Source: Pedobacter sp.
Lineage (GTDB): Bacteria > Bacteroidota > Bacteroidia > Sphingobacteriales > Sphingobacteriaceae
DNA: 64,000 nucleotides
Reading direction: 5' to 3'
NCBI RefSeq assembly: GCF_031119335.1
Contig: NZ_JAVHXT010000011.1
Span: forward strand, 102,658-166,657
Position numbers and translations under genes: made by a program. Shown piece after piece: positions 46,425 to 56,427 of the stretch (the first letter of the stretch is position 1; every line of letters begins with the position of its first letter). Below the pieces are notes generated by a model, which saw nothing but the letters and a program-made list of their open reading frames with translations, did not search any database and was not told the origin of the DNA.

Positions 46425-46506
46425 TCGTCATTGCGAGGTACGAAGCAATCTTAAAAGGTTTGCTATATCTATAGTTGTAAGATTGCTTCGTACCTCGCAA
46501 TGACGA
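46425..46506. repeat. Family A palindromic repeat
   Basis: TCGTCATTGCGAGGTACGAAGCAATCTT ... AAGATTGCTTCGTACCTCGCAATGACGA, with perfect 28-nt arms, between convergent genes. Confidence 0.92.
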
Positions 46507-46531
46507 TACGATATAAAATCGCCCTTTTATG

Positions 46532-47284
46532 CTAATCCAGCTTCTTTACCCCACCAGAGCCTAAAAATTTCTTTTCTGAAATATTTGCATTGCCAGTGTA
46601 ATAAACTTTTCCAGAACCACTAATAAAGGCGCTAATTTCACCATTTGTGTGTACATAAGCAGTTCCAGAACCACTGATTGTTGCAGAAAACGCACCCACT
46701 TTTAAAGCTCCTTTTTTTGCTAAAACACCCGAACCACTTATGGTTGCGCTTGCTTCATCTGCTTCGCCGGAAATGTTTAATTTGCCCGAACCGCTAACTA
46801 CACCTGTTAATTCGCCAACATTCACAGTTGCTGTAATAGAGCCAGAACCACTTAGTGTGGTTACCAACGAATTTTCCGAGATAGTGCCCTTAACACTGAT
46901 AGAGCCGTCGCCGCTCATGGTTAAGCTTTTAATGGTTTTCGCACTTACATGAGCAACAATTTTCTTGTCTTTGTATTTGTGAGCCCAGCTAGTCCAGCTC
47001 ATTTTTGGCCTAATAATTAAAGCACTTCCTTTTACTTCGGTAACCAAAGTGGAGATTGCTTCTTCATCGCCTTCAAATCGTATACCTTCTTTATTGCCCA
47101 AAGTAACAATCACTTGCAAAGGTCCACCAGCAGCAACAGCGTTGAAGTTTTTAACCTCAATATCTGTAGTTTTTACTCTCGATTTCGCAACGCTAATATT
47201 AATTGGTAATTCTGATTGTACCGGATTGGCTGTGGCAACTATAGCAGCTAACATCAAACCAATAGAAATATATTTTTTATCCAT
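46532..47284 (-). CDS. DUF2807 / head GIN domain-containing exported protein
   Basis: Signal peptide and repeated SGSG..I/V..G beta-helix-like units; 250 aa. Confidence 0.75.
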   Translation of the reverse strand: MDKKYISIGLMLAAIVATANPVQSELPINISVAKSRVKTTDIEVKNFNAVAAGGPLQVIVTLGNKEGIRFEGDEEAISTLVTEVKGSALIIRPKMSWTSWAHKYKDKKIVAHVSAKTIKSLTMSGDGSISVKGTISENSLVTTLSGSGSITATVNVGELTGVVSGSGKLNISGEADEASATISGSGVLAKKGALKVGAFSATISGSGTAYVHTNGEISAFISGSGKVYYTGNANISEKKFLGSGGVKKLD

Positions 47285-47347
47285 TTTATGTGATTAATCT
47301 ATGTAAAAGACGTGCTTTGCTTTAAAAACGTTGCATCAACTAAAAAC

Positions 47348-49003
47348 TTATTCTGCTTTTTTAGTATTCACATAAAAATTTCGTTCTACAGAAAAGTTGC
47401 CGTCATTAACGGATGTATCAATTTTTGTAGTTTGCCATTCATTTGTAGGCTTAATCAAAGTATATTCACCAGCTTTTAACGAAACTTTCACAGGCATATC
47501 GAAACCAGCAACATCGGTTAGCCATCTGTATTTTAATTCTACCTTTTCAATTCTGTATTCCAAGGTTGGAATATTGGCATGACGTAAATATTGATCGAAA
47601 ACCTTGTCTAGCTTTAACCCGCTTTGTTTTGCAATGTATGCTTCTACTTCTGCAGATGTAGTTGTAGAATGATAGAAAGTCTTATTCAAGCCCCTTAAAA
47701 TCTGTCTAAACTTTTCATCATCATTTATTAACTGGCGGATGGTGTGAACTAGGTTTGCGCCTTTATAGTACATATCGCCATCACCTTCGGTATTGGTATT
47801 GTAAATGCCAATAATTGGCCCTTTGTTGCCTATGTTTTGCCTAATGCCGATAACATAATCTTCGCCAGCAGTTTTGCCTTGTGTACTTTCGGTAAACAGT
47901 GCCTCAGAGTAAGAGGTGAAACCTTCATGTACCCACATGTCGGCAACGTCTTTGGTGGTAATATTGTTGCCAAACCATTCGTGACCGGTTTCGTGAATGG
48001 TAATAAAATCCCATTTTAAACCATGACCAGAACCTGATAAGTCTTTGCCTAAGTATCCTTTTTTGAATTGGTTGCCGTAAGCTACTGCACTTTGATGTTC
48101 CATACCTAAATGTGGTGCTTGTACCAATTTATAGCCATCCTTATACCAAGGGTAAGGCCCAAACCAATATTCGAACGACTTTAGCATTGGCTTTACATCA
48201 GCATCCCAATGCGGACGAGCTTTGGCACTGTCTTCTTTCAGAGCATAGAAATCTAAGGTCAACTTGCCTTCCTCGCCGTCGTAGGTGTCTGTCCAATGAG
48301 CATATTTGCCAATGTAAAATGCAATGTTATAATTGTTGATGGGATTTGCGACGAACCAGTGGTGTTTAGTATAGCCATCCTTGCCTTCAATTTTACCACG
48401 TGAGCGACCGTTAGCAATGCAATCTAAATCTTTTGGTGCACTAATGCTTACCAACATACTATCTACCTCATCACTTTGATGGTCCTTATTTGGCCACCAT
48501 ACACTTGCCCCTAAACCTTGGCAGGCTACTGATACAAACGGTTTGCCAGATTTGTCTTTCTTAAAGATAAAACCTCCATCCCAGGGTGCGTTTTTAGCTA
48601 CACGTGGGTTGCCATTATAGAATACCGTAAAACGATCTTTACTACCTTTTTTAATTTTAGGGAATTTCACAAAAACCGCCGCAAACTCTCTTGTGAACGG
48701 TAACTCTTTACCTTTGTAAACTACTTTCTCTACATTTAAATTCTCAAACAAATCGAACTGTAATTGTTCGAAATCTTTGGTTGCTGTAAATGCAAATTCA
48801 TTGCTTCCACTAACTGATCTGTTGTCGATATCAATCTTTACATCCAAGTGGTAATAATTGATGTCATAGCAAGTTCTTAAGTCCGTTAAGGCTCCTCTTA
48901 GGAATTTGGCTCTATCATTTGTAGCATTACTGCCAAGCATGTTTTGAGCAAAAGTTGTTGCTGAAAATGCTAAAAAGGAAAGTGCAAGGAATGTATTTTT
49001 CAT
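47348..49003 (-). CDS. M1-family zinc metallopeptidase (aminopeptidase N-like), secreted
   Basis: HETGHEWFGN (HExxH) plus WVHEGFTSY (third zinc ligand Glu). Signal peptide from MKNTFLALSFLAF. The track's upstream ATG (49021) lies inside a family D repeat. Confidence 0.9.
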   Translation of the reverse strand: MKNTFLALSFLAFSATTFAQNMLGSNATNDRAKFLRGALTDLRTCYDINYYHLDVKIDIDNRSVSGSNEFAFTATKDFEQLQFDLFENLNVEKVVYKGKELPFTREFAAVFVKFPKIKKGSKDRFTVFYNGNPRVAKNAPWDGGFIFKKDKSGKPFVSVACQGLGASVWWPNKDHQSDEVDSMLVSISAPKDLDCIANGRSRGKIEGKDGYTKHHWFVANPINNYNIAFYIGKYAHWTDTYDGEEGKLTLDFYALKEDSAKARPHWDADVKPMLKSFEYWFGPYPWYKDGYKLVQAPHLGMEHQSAVAYGNQFKKGYLGKDLSGSGHGLKWDFITIHETGHEWFGNNITTKDVADMWVHEGFTSYSEALFTESTQGKTAGEDYVIGIRQNIGNKGPIIGIYNTNTEGDGDMYYKGANLVHTIRQLINDDEKFRQILRGLNKTFYHSTTTSAEVEAYIAKQSGLKLDKVFDQYLRHANIPTLEYRIEKVELKYRWLTDVAGFDMPVKVSLKAGEYTLIKPTNEWQTTKIDTSVNDGNFSVERNFYVNTKKAE

Positions 49004-49015
49004 GTGACTATTTTT

Positions 49016-49065
49016 AACCACATAGACACATAGTTTTTATCTGGTTACTATGTGTCTATACGGTT
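49016..49065. repeat. Family D palindromic repeat
   Basis: AACCACATAGACACATAG ... CTATGTGTCTATACGGTT, between the two peptidase genes. Confidence 0.85.
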
Positions 49066-49071
49066 TTCTTC

Positions 49072-50949
49072 TTATGGTTTAAGTACTGGCAAAGATAAGA
49101 AAGAACCATCGGCATTGCCATGATAAATTCTGTGCGTTGCCTTTTGGAAATCATTTGGTTCTGCTTCGTAAATATTCATGAATTTCTGCGGATTTCTATC
49201 TGCCAAAGGAAACCAAGAATGTTGTACTTGCACCATAATTCGATGTCCTTTTTTGAAAGTATGGCCAACATCTGGCAGGGCATATTTCACGTTGGTTGCT
49301 TGGTTTGGCACAAATGCTTCAGAATTTTCGAAGCTATTTCTGTATTTGCCTCTTAAAATTTCGCCACGCACCAACATTTGGTAACCTGCCATCATTTTGT
49401 TTTTATCAGCGGGAGAAACTTCTTTGGTATCTTCTGGATAAACATCAATTAACTTTACCACATAATCTGCATCAGTGCCCGAAGTGCTGACCAATAAATT
49501 AGCTAAAATTGGTCCGGTGAGTGTGATGTCTTCTGTTAAAACATCGGTTTGATAAGTTTTCACATCAGGTCTTCTAGCGGCAAATCGTTGGTCGTCTATC
49601 ATGTATTCTCTGCTGCGGTTGGCTTGTATGCCATCTTGATAGGGAACAGGTGCATTTGGGTCGCTCACATATTCATCGAAACTATTGTTGGTACTAGGTT
49701 TTGTGAAAGAAAGTTTCCCGTTAGGATGGAAGTATAAGGCTTTAAGCTCAACATCTTGTGGAGGCCAAGTATTAAACTTTTTCCATTGGTTGCTTCCAGT
49801 TAAGAAAATGTTTGCCTCTGCTGCATCAAATTTTCCTTCACCTTTGAGGTAATACTTGAAGAAAGGTAGTTCTAAATTATCTTGATAGTAAGTACTTGTG
49901 GCAGTTCCAAAGTTGATATCGCCAAAACTGTCGCCTTTGCCGCGTACCCAACCACCGTGGTACCATGGTCCAGCTACCAAGATATTGTTTGCCTTTGGAT
50001 TTTGTTTCTCGATAGCTTTATAAGTTTCGAAAGCACCATAAGCATCTTCAGCATCAAAGAAGCCACCAACAGTCATTACCGCAGGTTTTACATCTTTCAA
50101 GTGCTTCACAATTTGACGGGCTTGCCAAAAGGTGTCTAGGTTGGGGTGTTTAAACAGGTTGTTCCAAAACTTGATGCTGTCGCCCATGTATTTTTCTTTC
50201 AGGTTTTTTACCGAGCCAGCCTCTAAATAGAAACGGTAATTGTCTTTAATTGGAAATTGGAAAGGTTTAGGGCCTTTGTCTGGCGTAATGGGTTGCGGAC
50301 GAGGAACACCAAATGAAGTCATGAATTTAAAGGCATCCATTAAAAATAGCGCACCGCCATGATGGAAATCATCGCCAATAAACCAATCGGTTACTGGCGC
50401 TTGTGGCGAAACAGCCTTTAACGCCGAGTGAGATTTAATTAGTGAAGCAGTAGAGTAGAAGCCTGGATAGGAAATACCGTACAAACCTGCTTTGCCATTA
50501 TTGTTTTTGATGTTTTTGAGTAGCCAATCGATAGTGTCGTAAGTATCGGTACTTTCATCGATATCTTTTTTGCCATTGCCCAAATTGGTAGGTCTAATGT
50601 CTTCGAAATTTCCCTCGCTCATCCAACGGCCACGAACATCTTGGTAAACGAAGATAAAGCCATCACGCATTACCGCTGGGTAACCGCCTAAGCTAGTTTT
50701 ATAGTCGTTTTCGCCATAAGGACGTACAGTATATGGTGTTCTGTTAATTAGAAAAGGATATTTTTTGCTCGCAGCGATGTCTTTCGGGATGTAAATGGCA
50801 GTGAACAGTTTCGTGCCATCACGCATGGGGATGAGGCGTTCTATTTTGGTGTAGTGGCTACGAACGTAGGCAGAGTCTGTTTCTTGTGCAAAGGTAATTT
50901 CTGCGAAAAAGCAAGAAACTAAAAATAAGGTAAAGAATATTCGTTTCAT
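49072..50949 (-). CDS. Xaa-Pro dipeptidyl-peptidase / CocE-NonD family (S15) hydrolase, secreted
   Basis: 625 aa with a signal peptide and nucleophile motif GISYPGF (GxSYxG). The C-terminal beta-sandwich domain is typical of the family. Confidence 0.9.
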   Translation of the reverse strand: MKRIFFTLFLVSCFFAEITFAQETDSAYVRSHYTKIERLIPMRDGTKLFTAIYIPKDIAASKKYPFLINRTPYTVRPYGENDYKTSLGGYPAVMRDGFIFVYQDVRGRWMSEGNFEDIRPTNLGNGKKDIDESTDTYDTIDWLLKNIKNNNGKAGLYGISYPGFYSTASLIKSHSALKAVSPQAPVTDWFIGDDFHHGGALFLMDAFKFMTSFGVPRPQPITPDKGPKPFQFPIKDNYRFYLEAGSVKNLKEKYMGDSIKFWNNLFKHPNLDTFWQARQIVKHLKDVKPAVMTVGGFFDAEDAYGAFETYKAIEKQNPKANNILVAGPWYHGGWVRGKGDSFGDINFGTATSTYYQDNLELPFFKYYLKGEGKFDAAEANIFLTGSNQWKKFNTWPPQDVELKALYFHPNGKLSFTKPSTNNSFDEYVSDPNAPVPYQDGIQANRSREYMIDDQRFAARRPDVKTYQTDVLTEDITLTGPILANLLVSTSGTDADYVVKLIDVYPEDTKEVSPADKNKMMAGYQMLVRGEILRGKYRNSFENSEAFVPNQATNVKYALPDVGHTFKKGHRIMVQVQHSWFPLADRNPQKFMNIYEAEPNDFQKATHRIYHGNADGSFLSLPVLKP

Positions 50950-51022
50950 TGTGGTTAGGTTTAGTGCTAAGCAGAAAGCTTAAGACTGAAAGCTTTTGAA
51001 GAGAGAAGAAACGCAAATAAAA

Positions 51023-51112
51023 TCGTCATTTCGACGAAGAATGAGGAGAAATCTGTAGCTATAAATTAGGCTAGAGATTTCTCTTCGTCGTTCCTCCTCA
51101 TCGAAATGACGA
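51023..51112. repeat. Family A-variant palindromic repeat (TCGTCATTTCGACGAAGAATGAGGAGAAATCT ... AGATTTCTCTTCGTCGTTCCTCCTCATCGAAATGACGA)
   Basis: Long imperfect inverted arms whose termini (TCGTCAT / ATGACGA) are shared with family A. Confidence 0.8.
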
Positions 51113-51119
51113 CAAAGTG

Positions 51120-51293
51120 TTAGTGACCGCCGTCGGCAGTGTCAATTGGTTTACGAAATGCAAAACCCAAAACGAAATATATAGCTGCGATAACGTACCA
51201 CACTGTTGGGCAGTCGTTTTTAAATACCAATAATCCAAAAAGTAAAGCGCCTAGGCCAACTATAAAAAATGGAAGGTTTCTTAATCTAATCAT
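51120..51293 (-). CDS. Possible 57-aa two-TM membrane protein (not in the supplied ORF track)
   Basis: Manual translation gives MIRLRNLPFFIVGLGALLFGLLVFKNDCPTVWYVIAAIYFVLGFAFRKPIDTADGGH, with two clear hydrophobic helices. A family A-type repeat sits 8 nt after its stop, as for other genes here. Confidence 0.35.
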   Translation of the reverse strand: MIRLRNLPFFIVGLGALLFGLLVFKNDCPTVWYVIAAIYFVLGFAFRKPIDTADGGH

Positions 51294-51584
51294 ATTCAAA
51301 CTTAGATAAAGTTGTGTAGATAAGCAATAATAATTCTAGTAAAAAGAAACTTTATCTAACTCTTCTATACCATTGAAAATATAAGCATGTAGTTTTTATA
51401 TAGGAAAATTAAATGAAAAGTTTTGGGGAAATTGTTTTAAAACCCTCTCAGCCTTCGGCATCTTTCCCCTAAATGGGAGAGAAGTGTGCTTGGGAAAATT
51501 AATGCTTTTTGGGAGAGGCTAAAACCGTGACCAAGTTTTTACAACATTAAAACACTTAACTTTTGGTGTTTAAGCGGTAAAACG

Positions 51585-51592
51585 TACATTTG
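51585..51592 (+). promoter_or_regulatory. Candidate -7 box (TACATTTG) for lpdA
   Basis: TAnnTTTG consensus, 25 nt upstream of the ATG. Confidence 0.4.
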
Positions 51593-51617
51593 CCAGAACA
51601 AAAATTCTTAAAAGATC

Positions 51618-53024
51618 ATGCAATACGATGTAGTTGTTATTGGCTCGGGTCCGGGCGGTTATGTAGGTGCCATCCGTTGTGCACAATTAGGTTTAAAAAC
51701 AGCGGTAGTAGAAAAATATAAAACTTATGGCGGTACTTGCTTAAATGTGGGTTGTATTCCGTCTAAGGCATTGTTAGATTCTTCGGAGCACTATCACAAC
51801 GCGGCTCATACGTTTACTACTCACGGTATCAATATCAAAGATTTGAAAGTTGATATGAAGCAAATGATTGCTCGTAAGGATGATGTTGTAGCGCAAAACA
51901 CTGCTGGTATCACTTATCTTTTTAAGAAAAATAAAATCGATGCTTTTGAAGGTGTTGGCTCTTTTGAAGATAAAAACACCATTTTGGTAACTAAAGCTGA
52001 TGGTAGCACAGAGAAACTGACTGCTAAAAATGTAATTATTGCTACGGGTTCTAAACCTACGGCTTTGCCTTTCTTGCCAATCGATAAAAAACGTATCATC
52101 ACTAGTACCGAGGCTTTAACTTTGAAAGAAGTACCTAAAACCATGGCAGTAATTGGTGGTGGTGTAATTGGTTTAGAGTTGGGTTCGGTTTATGCTCGTT
52201 TGGGTACTAAAGTAACCGTGGTTGAGTTTGCTCCATCTATTATTGGTACAATGGATGCAGGTTTAGGTAAAGAATTGCAACGTGTGTTAAAGAAATCTTT
52301 AGGCATGGAATTTTTAACCAACCACAAGGTAACTGGTGCATCTGTTAAAGGTAAAGTGGTTACGGTAACTGCTGATAACGCTAAAGGTGAAGCAGTGAAA
52401 GTTGAGGCTGATTACTGTATTGTTGCGGTAGGTAGAACTGCTTACACTGCTGGTTTAGGTTTAGATAAAATCGGTATCACTCCGGAAGAAAGAGGTAACA
52501 AAATCCCTGTGAACGATCACTTAGAAACTGCGGTTGCTGGTGTATATGCCATTGGCGATGTAATTAAAGGTGCGATGTTGGCTCATAAAGCGGAAGACGA
52601 AGGTATTTACGTTGCTGAGCGTATTGCTGGTCAGAAACCGCATATCAATTATAACTTAATTCCGGGTGTGGTTTACACTTGGCCAGAGGTTGCTTCTGTG
52701 GGTCAAACAGAAGAGCAATTGAAAGCTGCTGGTGTGAAATACAAAGCTGGTTCGTTTCCATTCAAAGCGAGTGGACGTGCGAAAGCAAGTATGGATACTG
52801 ACGGTTTCGTGAAAGTATTGGCTGATGAAAAAACGGATGAAATTTTAGGTGTTCACATGATTGGTCCACGTGCTGCTGATATGATTGCAGAAGCGGTGGT
52901 AGCGATGGAATTCCGTGCTTCGGCAGAGGATGTGGCTAGAATTTGCCATGCGCACCCAACTTATACTGAAGCTTTAAAAGAGGCTGCTTTGGCTGCTACT
53001 GAAAATAGAGCGATACATATTTAA
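51618..53024 (+). CDS. lpdA: Dihydrolipoyl dehydrogenase (E3)
   Basis: GSGPGGY FAD motif, redox-active disulfide GGTCLNVGCIPSK, NAD motif GGGVIGLE and C-terminal HAHPT. Confidence 0.97.
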   Translation: MQYDVVVIGSGPGGYVGAIRCAQLGLKTAVVEKYKTYGGTCLNVGCIPSKALLDSSEHYHNAAHTFTTHGINIKDLKVDMKQMIARKDDVVAQNTAGITYLFKKNKIDAFEGVGSFEDKNTILVTKADGSTEKLTAKNVIIATGSKPTALPFLPIDKKRIITSTEALTLKEVPKTMAVIGGGVIGLELGSVYARLGTKVTVVEFAPSIIGTMDAGLGKELQRVLKKSLGMEFLTNHKVTGASVKGKVVTVTADNAKGEAVKVEADYCIVAVGRTAYTAGLGLDKIGITPEERGNKIPVNDHLETAVAGVYAIGDVIKGAMLAHKAEDEGIYVAERIAGQKPHINYNLIPGVVYTWPEVASVGQTEEQLKAAGVKYKAGSFPFKASGRAKASMDTDGFVKVLADEKTDEILGVHMIGPRAADMIAEAVVAMEFRASAEDVARICHAHPTYTEALKEAALAATENRAIHI

Positions 53025-53066
53025 CCCCCAACCCCTAAAGGGGAGTTATAAAATGCATAATATTAT

Positions 53067-53098
53067 AATCCTGCGGTTTGTGCCGTGGGATTTTTTTT
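53067..53098. terminator. Hairpin plus T-run between convergent lpdA and the AraC-family gene
   Basis: AATCCTGCGG-TTTGTG-CCGTGGGATT (two G:U pairs) followed by T8. Confidence 0.6.
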
Positions 53099-53109
53099 AT
53101 GCGATACTT

Positions 53110-54009
53110 TTAAATGCGATAAGTGCGAGGGGTATGGGTGGTCTGTTTTTTAAAGAAATTGTTGAAATGAGCGGGATCTTCAAAACCTAAAGTATAGCTA
53201 ATTTCTGAAATGTTCCAATTGGTATGTTTTAGGAGTGCAATGGCTTCGGTTACCAATCGGTCGGCAATATGAGTAGTTGTAGTTTTTCCAGTTGCTGTTT
53301 TTATTGCCCTGTTTAAATGATTGGTATGAACGTTCAGTTTTTCTGCAAAGTCTTTCGCAGAGCGAAGTTTAAATTGTTGCGAACGTGATTCTATAGGAAA
53401 CTGCCTTTCTAAAAGTTCTGTAAAAACTGCTGCGATACGGGAATTAGCATCAGCGTGTTTGTATAGCGTTTCCGAGGGTTGTAATTTCAATGCGCCATGA
53501 ACAATCTCCATAATGTAATTGCGAATCAAATCAAACTTAAAGGTATAGTCTGATTTTAATTCATCAATCATTTTCACAAAAATTTGAGCAAAAGCATCGT
53601 CTTGTTGCTGATTTAACAAATATGCAGGTTTGCCATTGGGCGAATACATGGGTAATTCTTTTAAACTTCCACGGATATATTCTGCGAAAAAAGCATCCTT
53701 AAAAATACAGAAATAGCCTGTAGCATCTTCGGTTAAAGGCTCAAAAGTATAAGGTACTTCCGGATTAAAAAACATCAGAGTACTATCCGAAACTTCTAAG
53801 GTTTTATCGCCATAATGGTAAAGATGTTTGCCCCTCATCAGTGCAATTTTATAGAAATCTCTACGACTATATTGTACTGGAGGCCTGCCAGGGGCATTGC
53901 ATTCTTCTAATCTAAAAACATTAAAATGACCCAAATCAGCATTTATGCCATCAAACTTGAGGTCAAACTTACGTTCGTAAAAATCTGCTAAGGTTTCTAA
54001 AGGCTCCAT
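53110..54009 (-). CDS. AraC-family transcriptional regulator
   Basis: The C-terminal double HTH ends with ...ISYTLGFEDPAHFNNFFKK.T..TP..YR; 299 aa. Confidence 0.9.
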   Translation of the reverse strand: MEPLETLADFYERKFDLKFDGINADLGHFNVFRLEECNAPGRPPVQYSRRDFYKIALMRGKHLYHYGDKTLEVSDSTLMFFNPEVPYTFEPLTEDATGYFCIFKDAFFAEYIRGSLKELPMYSPNGKPAYLLNQQQDDAFAQIFVKMIDELKSDYTFKFDLIRNYIMEIVHGALKLQPSETLYKHADANSRIAAVFTELLERQFPIESRSQQFKLRSAKDFAEKLNVHTNHLNRAIKTATGKTTTTHIADRLVTEAIALLKHTNWNISEISYTLGFEDPAHFNNFFKKQTTHTPRTYRI

Positions 54010-54108
54010 ATTGTAAATTTAAAACATTTATAGTGATATTGCTAAACATGAAAACTCAATCAGCTATATTGCGATTGAGTTTTCTGAAAGAAGACCATTT
54101 GCCGAAAA

Positions 54109-54957
54109 TTAATCAGCAAAAGCTGTGTTTGTAGCTAACAATTTAAATTCTTCCATATCTTTTTGCACCAATTCAATTTTATCATTTGCTGCTTTGTAAG
54201 CATCTGCTCCTAAAAATAAATGCAGTGCCGGATCGCTTTGGTTGGCAACTGCAATCATTACATCGGCTGCTTTTTCTGGATCACCAGGTTGGTTGGTATT
54301 GATATCTTGCAAGTGTGCGTCTTGAACTGCTCTTACATTTTGGTAGGCCTCAATTTCATTTTTAGGCTTAACAATTGAGCCTCCTTCTAAGAAACTTGTT
54401 CTAAAATATCCAGGCATTACTAAGCTCACATTAATACCAAAAGGTTTTGCTTCGTGATAAAGCGACTCGGTAAAACCATGTACGGCAAACTTGGTTGCGC
54501 AATAGATACCAAATGCTGGAAAACCTCCCGAAAAGCCGCCAATTGATGAAATATTAAAGATGTGTCCATTTTTTTGTGCCCTTAAATAAGGCAATGCTTT
54601 GCGGATTACATTTAGCGAACCAAAAACATTTACGTCAAAATTTATTCTTGCTTCTTCGTCTGTTAGTTCTTCTAAACCACCAATTAACCCGTAACCAGCA
54701 TTGTTTACCACTACGTCAATACTTCCAAAATGTTCTACTGCTTTGTCAATGGCTTTTGCTACATCCGCCTCGTCTACAATATTTACTGCTAATGGTAAAA
54801 AGTTCGCAGTGTTCTCTTGCACTGCTTCTCTTAAAGCATCAACGGTACGAGATGTTGCAGCTACATTGTAACCTTGTGCCAATAATTTTTTTGTTAATGT
54901 TAATCCTAATCCTTTAGAGGCACCAGTGACTAACCATGTTTTTCTTGAGTTCATCAT
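54109..54957 (-). CDS. Short-chain dehydrogenase/reductase (SDR)
   Basis: TGASKGLG cofactor motif, NNAG and catalytic YCATKFAV (YxxxK). Confidence 0.9.
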   Translation of the reverse strand: MMNSRKTWLVTGASKGLGLTLTKKLLAQGYNVAATSRTVDALREAVQENTANFLPLAVNIVDEADVAKAIDKAVEHFGSIDVVVNNAGYGLIGGLEELTDEEARINFDVNVFGSLNVIRKALPYLRAQKNGHIFNISSIGGFSGGFPAFGIYCATKFAVHGFTESLYHEAKPFGINVSLVMPGYFRTSFLEGGSIVKPKNEIEAYQNVRAVQDAHLQDINTNQPGDPEKAADVMIAVANQSDPALHLFLGADAYKAANDKIELVQKDMEEFKLLATNTAFAD

Positions 54958-55061
54958 TTCTTTTTTTTATATCACAAAGTTGATGGTATTTTAGGTGTGG
55001 CTGTTAGTGTAGTTCAAACAGATAGTTACGAAATTCAAACAATTGGAGGGGCTGTTTTTTT

Positions 55062-55168
55062 CTCCGCAGATACACGCTGATTTCTTCGCAGATTTTTGGA
55101 GACTTAGTATTTCCTATGTTGGTTAATTTCTTATTAAATCAGTGGTTCCATCTGCGAAAATCAGCGGG
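55062..55168. repeat. Partial family E repeat units (CTCCGCAGAT..CGCTGAT..TTCGCAGATTT and inverted ATCTGCGAAAATCAGCGGG)
   Basis: The same motif set occurs in the ~95-bp elements at 3410-3504 and 12931-13022. Confidence 0.65.
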
Positions 55169-55236
55169 ATATCTTTTTTACGTAAATATTTTACCACATA
55201 ATGTGTCCTTAACATCACTTTTGTATTTTAGTGACA

Positions 55237-56418
55237 ATGAAAAACATATTTTTTGTTGTAGCGATTTTACTTTTTCTATCTGCCTGTGTACCGATGAAGG
55301 CGGTTAGATATTTAATTCCCGATTTGGGAGATAGTGCAAAGTTTGAGAATGTAACCATCCAAAAATCTGCTACGCCTTTTTACTTTAAAAATAACTTGGC
55401 CAATAAGGCATACGATTCTTTAAAACAACGTTTAGATACTGGATTAATTGGTACTAAGACGAATGTATTCTTGGTGATTAAAAACGATAGCATCATTTAT
55501 CAATACTTATCTGAAGGTAATTCTTTAGCGGTTAGACAGCCAAGTTTCTCATTGGCAAAATCTTTTGTAGGTACTTTGGTAGGCATGTCTGTAGATCGAG
55601 GCGAAATTAAATCTACCGATGAATTGGTGATCACATACCTGCCAGAATTAGCCAAAAACGATGAACGCTTTAATCGCTTAACCATTCAACACGTGTTGGA
55701 TATGCGCAGTGGTTTCGATTTTAAGGAACGTTCTTTCAGTCCGTTTTCACAAATAACCAGAAGTTATTACGGCGCCAATTTGAAAAAGATAGTTGCTAAG
55801 TTGAAGTTTAAAAACGAACCTGGAAAGGTTTTTGAATATCAAAGTATCAATACCCAAGTGCTGGCTTTTGTTTTAGAGAAAGCAACAGGCAAGGGTTTAC
55901 AGGAATTAATGCAAGAGCGTTTGTGGAAGCCTTTAGGTGCCGAAAGCGATGCGCTTTGGAGTTTGGACAATGCAGAACATATTAAAGCTTTTTGCTGTAT
56001 TAGCGCTACGGCTTTAGATTTTGCTAAAATTGGTAGGCTCTACTTAAACGGCGGTAATTGGGAAGGCAAACAATTGATCTCTAAAAAGTGGGTAGATCTT
56101 ACCACCAATCCAGATAGTTTGACCAAACTAAGGTATAAGAACCAATTTTGGGCAACCAGAGATTTCAAATTTTTTAAAGATTCAATCAGCACGGCAAATG
56201 CTTTACTTAAAGATAAATTAGATTATCCTGTGGAGAGAAATACTGACGGACGGTATTTCTACGCCCAAAAGGTTTACGACTACAAAGCTCAGGGAATGTT
56301 TGGGCAATCGGTTTATGTGAACCCACAAAACAAAGTAATTATTGTACGCTTAGGCGATAGGCAGAAGCGGGTAAACCTTCATCGTTTTGTGCAAGAAGTG
56401 GGGAGGAGTGTTAAGTAA
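55237..56418 (+). CDS. Serine hydrolase (beta-lactamase/transpeptidase-like fold), lipoprotein
   Basis: Lipobox LLFLSAC and an SxxK motif (SLAKSF). The start is placed at the ATG (MKNIFF); the track start is a GTG 6 nt upstream. Confidence 0.85.
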   Translation: MKNIFFVVAILLFLSACVPMKAVRYLIPDLGDSAKFENVTIQKSATPFYFKNNLANKAYDSLKQRLDTGLIGTKTNVFLVIKNDSIIYQYLSEGNSLAVRQPSFSLAKSFVGTLVGMSVDRGEIKSTDELVITYLPELAKNDERFNRLTIQHVLDMRSGFDFKERSFSPFSQITRSYYGANLKKIVAKLKFKNEPGKVFEYQSINTQVLAFVLEKATGKGLQELMQERLWKPLGAESDALWSLDNAEHIKAFCCISATALDFAKIGRLYLNGGNWEGKQLISKKWVDLTTNPDSLTKLRYKNQFWATRDFKFFKDSISTANALLKDKLDYPVERNTDGRYFYAQKVYDYKAQGMFGQSVYVNPQNKVIIVRLGDRQKRVNLHRFVQEVGRSVK

Positions 56419-56427
56419 ATTTTTCAT

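Noticed and set aside
46425-46506. Family A/B/D palindromes as CRISPR repeats or tRNA-like genes
   Set aside because: The copies are dispersed singly across the window rather than regularly spaced. They are long perfect hairpins without cloverleaf features. I found no T-loop (GGTTCGAAT-like) motif in any intergenic region.
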